Virus record (IMG/VR): IMGVR_UViG_3300025151_000021
Source: an uncultured virus (IMG/VR IMGVR_UViG_3300025151_000021)
Lineage: Duplodnaviria > Heunggongvirae > Uroviricota > Caudoviricetes
Strand: one strand, 5' to 3'
Length of the DNA stretch: 64,000 nucleotides
Position numbers and translations under genes: made by a program. Under the pieces are notes generated by a model. It was given only the letters and a program-made list of their open reading frames with translations. It was not told the origin of the DNA and did not search any database. Shown one piece after another: positions 59,669 through 64,000 of this stretch; the stretch's first letter is position 1, and every line of letters begins with the position of its first letter.

Positions 59669-59916
59669 TCGTCACCACTTTCCCCTGTCCAAAGATTTGC
59701 TAGTTTCTTAGCCTGAGCCTCTGCTGGATTGGGTGCAACGATTAGGTTTGGTTTAACCATCCACGCTACTAGATGTTCTCCCCCACCAACTGTTATCATC
59801 GTTGATAGATACCATCCATCATTCCCGTATGTATTCAGGGACTCATTTATCACTTTTGGGCCATCACTAACATTGAACACCAAGAATTGATGCTCGTATG
59901 TGTCTTTCTTTGTCAT
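59665..59916 (-). CDS. Small hypothetical protein (DUF4177-like)
   Basis: YEHQFLV..LNTYGNDGWYL pattern. Confidence 0.5.
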   Translation of the reverse strand: MTKKDTYEHQFLVFNVSDGPKVINESLNTYGNDGWYLSTMITVGGGEHLVAWMVKPNLIVAPNPAEAQAKKLANLWTGESGDE

Positions 59917-61376
59917 GTTTCTTTCTCCTCCTTTATCTTCAAATATGCTCTTACTCCTATCTTTTTCGTTTCAAACATATTGGAAATCGTCTTGAAGTTG
60001 TTGTAAACCGTAGTCTGTCCCTTCTTCGTATCTTCTCGAACTTTTGACAACAGAAGAGTCTTGTTTACCCATCCCTCATCACCACTTGTCCTCAGTTCTT
60101 TGTATGCCTTTCTAAAATCATTTACACCTACCCTCTCATGTAGTGCGTGTGTTCTCACCTTTAGTGCTACGTCCAGCCACGACACAAGCGATTTATAGCA
60201 TTGTCGAATGAGTGAGGAGGCTTGTCGTGCATGTCTTTCAGTCACAATATACCTCTTTTTGGGGTCAGTTATGTTAGGTGCTTCAGCGATACAACACAGT
60301 ACAGATAACCTAGTCATAGTCTGATTCAATCTTGTGATAAAGTTACCAGCAATCTCAAACACTTCCGGTCTGCTATTAGCAACATAGTTTCTCATTTTGA
60401 TGGACTCATTCTTCAGTGCGTCATTGAATCCCTTTCCAAATGTAACAGTTCTAAGTGGGTCTTCTCCTGTTTCCTCGTATCTTTTCTTGAGAGCATCGTA
60501 TATTATCACGAAGTTCTGTGCGAACTTCTTGATTGGTGCATCCTTCGGTTTGATTGTTCCTACTTCATCAAGTACCTTCTCTCTTAGTTCATCTTGTACC
60601 TCTTGAGGTACTTCTTTGATGTAAATCAAGGTTCTCTGTATTACTCCCTTTTCAGCGATAACATTAGTCAGTGTCTTTGGTATGTATGTGGTTGCATAGA
60701 TGCTTCTTTGACACCTGCACTGTATTATATCTCCATCTCTGAGTTTCTTCCTGATAATCCAGTTCTCACCATGTAGAGTATTCATGAACTTATTCAGATA
60801 CATGATTACATTCTCCTTGTGCTGAGACTGCTTGAAAACACCTGAGTATTCAAACTCATCATATGCAACAAGACCGCTTCCCTCGAAACCTCCATCTATT
60901 TGTGTGGGTATCTCAACCCATTCCATCTCACCATCTTCATTCTCCACCCTCTCTTTCTCTATTCTCATAGAGCCAATCAAGGCTGCATCTGTTGTATCGT
61001 CAACAGAGAACACATCGAACTTGACACCGTACTTATCATCAAGTATTCTGAATACTTCATTTGCCACTGGCCCAAAGAAGTTGTACATCTCTGTTTTTCC
61101 TGTACCGGATGTCTGCATCCAAATGAATTGTATTCTAGTGTCATCTACTCTCCTACCACTTGGTATCGCAACCATGTCTTTTGCTAGTTGACCTAGTATA
61201 ACGAAGAATCCTATCGCAGCAGGTATCTCATTATACTTTGAAACATCTGCTGCGCTCTTCACATACTGCTCAACCACTTTAGGCAATGTTGTTGCCTTTG
61301 GTTGAGGTATCGCTAACTCATCTCCTAGTCCTTCGTAGTACAATCTGTCTTCATCATCAAAATTATTTCTATTCAC
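59913..61376 (-). CDS. MCM-like AAA+ helicase
   Basis: Walker A SGTGKT, Walker B VAYDEFE, TDAALIG, C-terminal winged-helix-like region; lacks the cellular MCM N-terminal domain. Confidence 0.7.
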   Translation of the reverse strand: MNRNNFDDEDRLYYEGLGDELAIPQPKATTLPKVVEQYVKSAADVSKYNEIPAAIGFFVILGQLAKDMVAIPSGRRVDDTRIQFIWMQTSGTGKTEMYNFFGPVANEVFRILDDKYGVKFDVFSVDDTTDAALIGSMRIEKERVENEDGEMEWVEIPTQIDGGFEGSGLVAYDEFEYSGVFKQSQHKENVIMYLNKFMNTLHGENWIIRKKLRDGDIIQCRCQRSIYATTYIPKTLTNVIAEKGVIQRTLIYIKEVPQEVQDELREKVLDEVGTIKPKDAPIKKFAQNFVIIYDALKKRYEETGEDPLRTVTFGKGFNDALKNESIKMRNYVANSRPEVFEIAGNFITRLNQTMTRLSVLCCIAEAPNITDPKKRYIVTERHARQASSLIRQCYKSLVSWLDVALKVRTHALHERVGVNDFRKAYKELRTSGDEGWVNKTLLLSKVREDTKKGQTTVYNNFKTISNMFETKKIGVRAYLKIKEEKET

Positions 61377-62065
61377 ATTATCACCATCTTTTCTTCTTTG
61401 TTCAGCACATCAATCAACCTCTTGGCTGTGACTTTACCGAAGCCCTCTAGTTGACATATCTCTTCAACAGAGGCTTCTCCTATCTCCATAATAGAGCCGA
61501 ACCTTTCTATCAGGAGTTTTGCTTTCTTTACACTGATACCTTTCACAGTGCAAAGAACATCTATTCTCAAGTCAGTCGTAGCAATTCTCTTTCTAATCAA
61601 ACTTGGAGTGTGTATTTCTCTATCAATAGGTTGCATCTTGCAGACGACTGCTATTATTCTAGCAGCCTCTCTAGCAGATGAAACCCATATTATGTTACAA
61701 TCAGTATCTAGTATTATCTTGCCAATAGCACCATCGAATTTATTTCTAAGGAGTTTGGCATTTTGCTTGTTGTTTACATATACTAGATAGTTCTCAACGG
61801 CATCACTAAAATCGCCATACACAATTACGATATTATTCATGAACTTAGCATCCATGTTATCCAGTTGATTCCATAGTCTCTTGTTAATCACAGATTGCAG
61901 GAAGTCAAATGTTGACTTGGCTTCAAAGCAGACATCAGCAAATGTGTAATCTCCTATGTCTAACCACTCCTTTTCATATGGCACATTGAGTTTCCTACAG
62001 TTATGAATAACCATCTCTGCTAATTCAGAGTGTTCTCTACTGTCTATCTTTAGTTTATTCACCAT
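61373..62065 (-). CDS. ERCC4/XPF-family structure-specific nuclease with HhH motifs
   Basis: IDSRE, GDY, FEAKS..DF..S, then VKGISVKKA and LEGFGKVTA. Confidence 0.9.
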   Translation of the reverse strand: MVNKLKIDSREHSELAEMVIHNCRKLNVPYEKEWLDIGDYTFADVCFEAKSTFDFLQSVINKRLWNQLDNMDAKFMNNIVIVYGDFSDAVENYLVYVNNKQNAKLLRNKFDGAIGKIILDTDCNIIWVSSAREAARIIAVVCKMQPIDREIHTPSLIRKRIATTDLRIDVLCTVKGISVKKAKLLIERFGSIMEIGEASVEEICQLEGFGKVTAKRLIDVLNKEEKMVIM

Positions 62066-63068
62066 CGTAATACCTCCAACACTTACCGATGCAGTATCCC
62101 TGCGGTATAAGCACGTTAGAACATGAGGGCGCATTATATCCCTTATCTACAATTCCTCTAACGTACTTTGAAGAAGTCCTAGAGTCCCAATCCAACCACA
62201 CATCCTCAATACCTGCTATCGATTCCAACTCCTGCATTATGGTAGTATGGATTTGGTCGTTTTGCTCAGGAGAAAGAACTCTTTCCCCCATACTCAACAA
62301 ATCCCTGTACCACTGAACTAGATATACTCTAGCATAGTGACTAGGGTTCTCGACCATCACAGCGTTGTGCAAGCATGGAAGTATTGGTAGTTTACCTACA
62401 GGAACAGGAATATCAACCTCAACCTCTGAGATTTCTATTGCTTCCATCTCAGGGAAGACTGCTAGTTTACTACCGTTGTTAGATGAGACCTTTCTTGGTT
62501 TCTCAGCCATGACTAGGATATCTTCTAGGTCTAACTTCAAGTCATCTACTAACAATGGGATACAGAAGTAGGGATTGCCGTTGGAATCGGAACTACTCAA
62601 GTTCATCGAGTTGGGTATTCTTCTTAGCCTATTAGTCTGGATACCCGTTCTATCAAGCGTAGCAACACCATTGCTGATTTTGGAATAATACTGCTGAATG
62701 CTTCTGATATCATCTACTGGTTCTCCATAGACAAACACATGGAAACCCTTTCCACTAAAGTACATTTTGAATACAGTGTCGCTTTCAACTAGAGACTGCA
62801 CCACCTTTCGTAAATCATCATAGGCGTTTTGCAGTGGCTCGTCATGAGCATCAAAATCTAGAAATGCTCTATCGAGAACAACTGAGTAGTCTAGTTTTAC
62901 ACCGTTGTTGAAGTCTTCAAAGTCATAGACTGTCGTATAGCAGTTCATCTTCCCATTGTAGGAATTGAACCAATCTACAAACTCATTCCGATTGTTCACT
63001 ACTCTTCTTTTCATCTGTGGAGCGTTTCTTAGATGACTTCCGGCCCACACTTCTCTTGGCATTTGCAT
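62055..63068 (-). CDS. Archaeo-eukaryotic primase: PriS catalytic domain fused to PriL-like Fe-S domain
   Basis: FLDFD, FSGKGFHV, RLRRIPNS; C-terminal LPCL...PSC...YCIGKC. Confidence 0.88.
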   Translation of the reverse strand: MQMPREVWAGSHLRNAPQMKRRVVNNRNEFVDWFNSYNGKMNCYTTVYDFEDFNNGVKLDYSVVLDRAFLDFDAHDEPLQNAYDDLRKVVQSLVESDTVFKMYFSGKGFHVFVYGEPVDDIRSIQQYYSKISNGVATLDRTGIQTNRLRRIPNSMNLSSSDSNGNPYFCIPLLVDDLKLDLEDILVMAEKPRKVSSNNGSKLAVFPEMEAIEISEVEVDIPVPVGKLPILPCLHNAVMVENPSHYARVYLVQWYRDLLSMGERVLSPEQNDQIHTTIMQELESIAGIEDVWLDWDSRTSSKYVRGIVDKGYNAPSCSNVLIPQGYCIGKCWRYYDGE

Positions 63069-63357
63069 TTTTATTTACCTCCTTGAAAGAGACCTTTGCC
63101 TCAAGCAATTCCTCTCTTACAACTTCTGCTATTTTTATTCTCAATTCTGACATTATTGTGTTCATGTATATTTGCCCAAAGGGAGTTCTCTCTTCGGCAA
63201 ACACTTCTGTTTCCCATACCATCTTCAACTTATCAGTAGTAGGCATCTTCTTGTAGAGAGCCTCTGCTAAGTTTTCAACGGTCTCAGATACATTTGCTAT
63301 CTCTGAGAAACTCCACACCTTTTGATTTAATTCTTCTTTTACCATTTTATCTATCAT
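62983..63357 (-). CDS. Hypothetical protein
   Basis: 124-aa ORF in operon direction with GGAGA RBS. Confidence 0.6.
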   Translation of the reverse strand: MIDKMVKEELNQKVWSFSEIANVSETVENLAEALYKKMPTTDKLKMVWETEVFAEERTPFGQIYMNTIMSELRIKIAEVVREELLEAKVSFKEVNKNANAKRSVGRKSSKKRSTDEKKSSEQSE

Positions 63358-63414
63358 TTTTCTTTCTCCTTTTCTTAAATTTCTCTTTTGCTTTGTAGTA
63401 GTCTTCCCACTTCA

Positions 63415-64000
63415 TTAGAACCAACTCTCGGTGTTAGCCGCATCACATATGCCAAAGAAACTACAATTTGAACATGTCTTTGCGAAATACTTGGTTGGGA
63501 ATATGCCTGTCTCATATGAGTGGATAAGTTGTGCTATACCCTTTTTTACTGCTGTTATACTACCCTTCTTGACTTCTTCCACATAGATGTAATTGGCCGC
63601 AGGATAGTACCATCCCCAATGAGAGATAGGAATCTCAGGGTCCAAGCCCCATTCTATCAGTTTTTCATCGGGAGTATTCTCAAACAGAATCTTGTAGAAG
63701 GCCATCTCCTTTCTCATCATAGTTGTCTTCCAATCTTTCCAACCACCAGTCTTCAACTCCATAGGGATGTATCTATCCCCTTCTCTGAACATTCTATCGA
63801 TGATGCCCTGAAGATGAACAGTGTAGTTCTGTTTCAATGGATACTTTGGGTTCTCGTCCTTATTGATTACAATCTTGGCATCTAGCATTATCTCATTGAT
63901 AACTGGTATGAAGTCATCTGTTGTTCCTTCCTGCTTTGACTCTATGAATCTATTAGCCTCAAAGATTGACATGGCCTCGTACATTTCGCTGTAGTCATCA
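63415..64000 (-). CDS. Cas4/AddB-like PD-(D/E)XK exonuclease (5' end probably outside the window)
   Basis: LQGIIDRM, MELKTG, C-terminal CSNCSFFGIC cysteine cluster. Confidence 0.8.
   Translation of the reverse strand, partial: DDYSEMYEAMSIFEANRFIESKQEGTTDDFIPVINEIMLDAKIVINKDENPKYPLKQNYTVHLQGIIDRMFREGDRYIPMELKTGGWKDWKTTMMRKEMAFYKILFENTPDEKLIEWGLDPEIPISHWGWYYPAANYIYVEEVKKGSITAVKKGIAQLIHSYETGIFPTKYFAKTCSNCSFFGICDAANTESWF

Larger units (their letters stand above)
1..64000. mobile_element. Segment of an archaeal tailed virus genome (siphovirus-like; probably a Marine Group II/Poseidoniales magrovirus)
   Basis: Gene order terminase-portal-protease-capsid-tail-fibre, plus archaeal-type primase, MCM-like helicase and ERCC4 nuclease; GGTGA Shine-Dalgarno motifs; no cellular housekeeping genes. 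Host assignment is inference. Confidence 0.9.

Noticed and set aside
63353..63415. 20-aa minus-strand micro-ORF MKWEDYYKAKEKFKKRRKKK resembling the tag
   Set aside because: It may be a coupled micro-ORF, but the match is weak (YY in place of IL) and it lies in the replication operon; not counted as a carrier.
63415..64000. Cas4-like gene as evidence of CRISPR-Cas
   Set aside because: No other cas genes or array seen; solo Cas4-like nucleases are common in archaeal viruses.
1..64000. tRNA or rRNA genes and a contractile tail sheath
   Set aside because: Intergenic gaps are very short and none folds like a tRNA by eye; there is no separate sheath gene between neck and tape measure.

Overview
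This 64-kb window is part of a tailed dsDNA virus genome (Caudoviricetes, long non-contractile tail; I see no sheath gene). Its replication genes are archaeal-type (PriS-PriL fusion primase, MCM-like AAA+ helicase, ERCC4/XPF nuclease, ATP-dependent ligase), it uses GGTGA ribosome-binding sites, and it carries marine-type fibre genes. It most resembles viruses of Marine Group II archaea (magroviruses); this host call is inference. The + strand (1-58.7 kb) holds the head region (terminase, LAGLIDADG protein, portal, ligase, prohead protease/scaffold, major capsid), a small-GTPase/membrane cluster, neck, tail tube, a -1 frameshift chaperone pair, tape measure, a tail-tip protein and two giant repeat fibres. 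The - strand (58.8-64 kb) holds a convergent replication module. Main findings: (1) About 20 otherwise unrelated head-region proteins share a short M-S-W-x-D/E-(I/T/L)-L-K peptide, mostly as an N-terminal leader, and a variant ends the scaffold. This suggests a capsid-targeting, protease-cleaved cargo-loading system with swappable cassettes. (2) A complete Arf/Sar1-like small GTPase sits in a cluster with membrane proteins, a possible membrane-remodelling or egress module. (3) A 100-aa fibre repeat is identical in protein while about 72 of 100 codons differ. (4) GATC, AGCT and CCWGG appear to be avoided. I recognised no tRNA, rRNA or CRISPR array.
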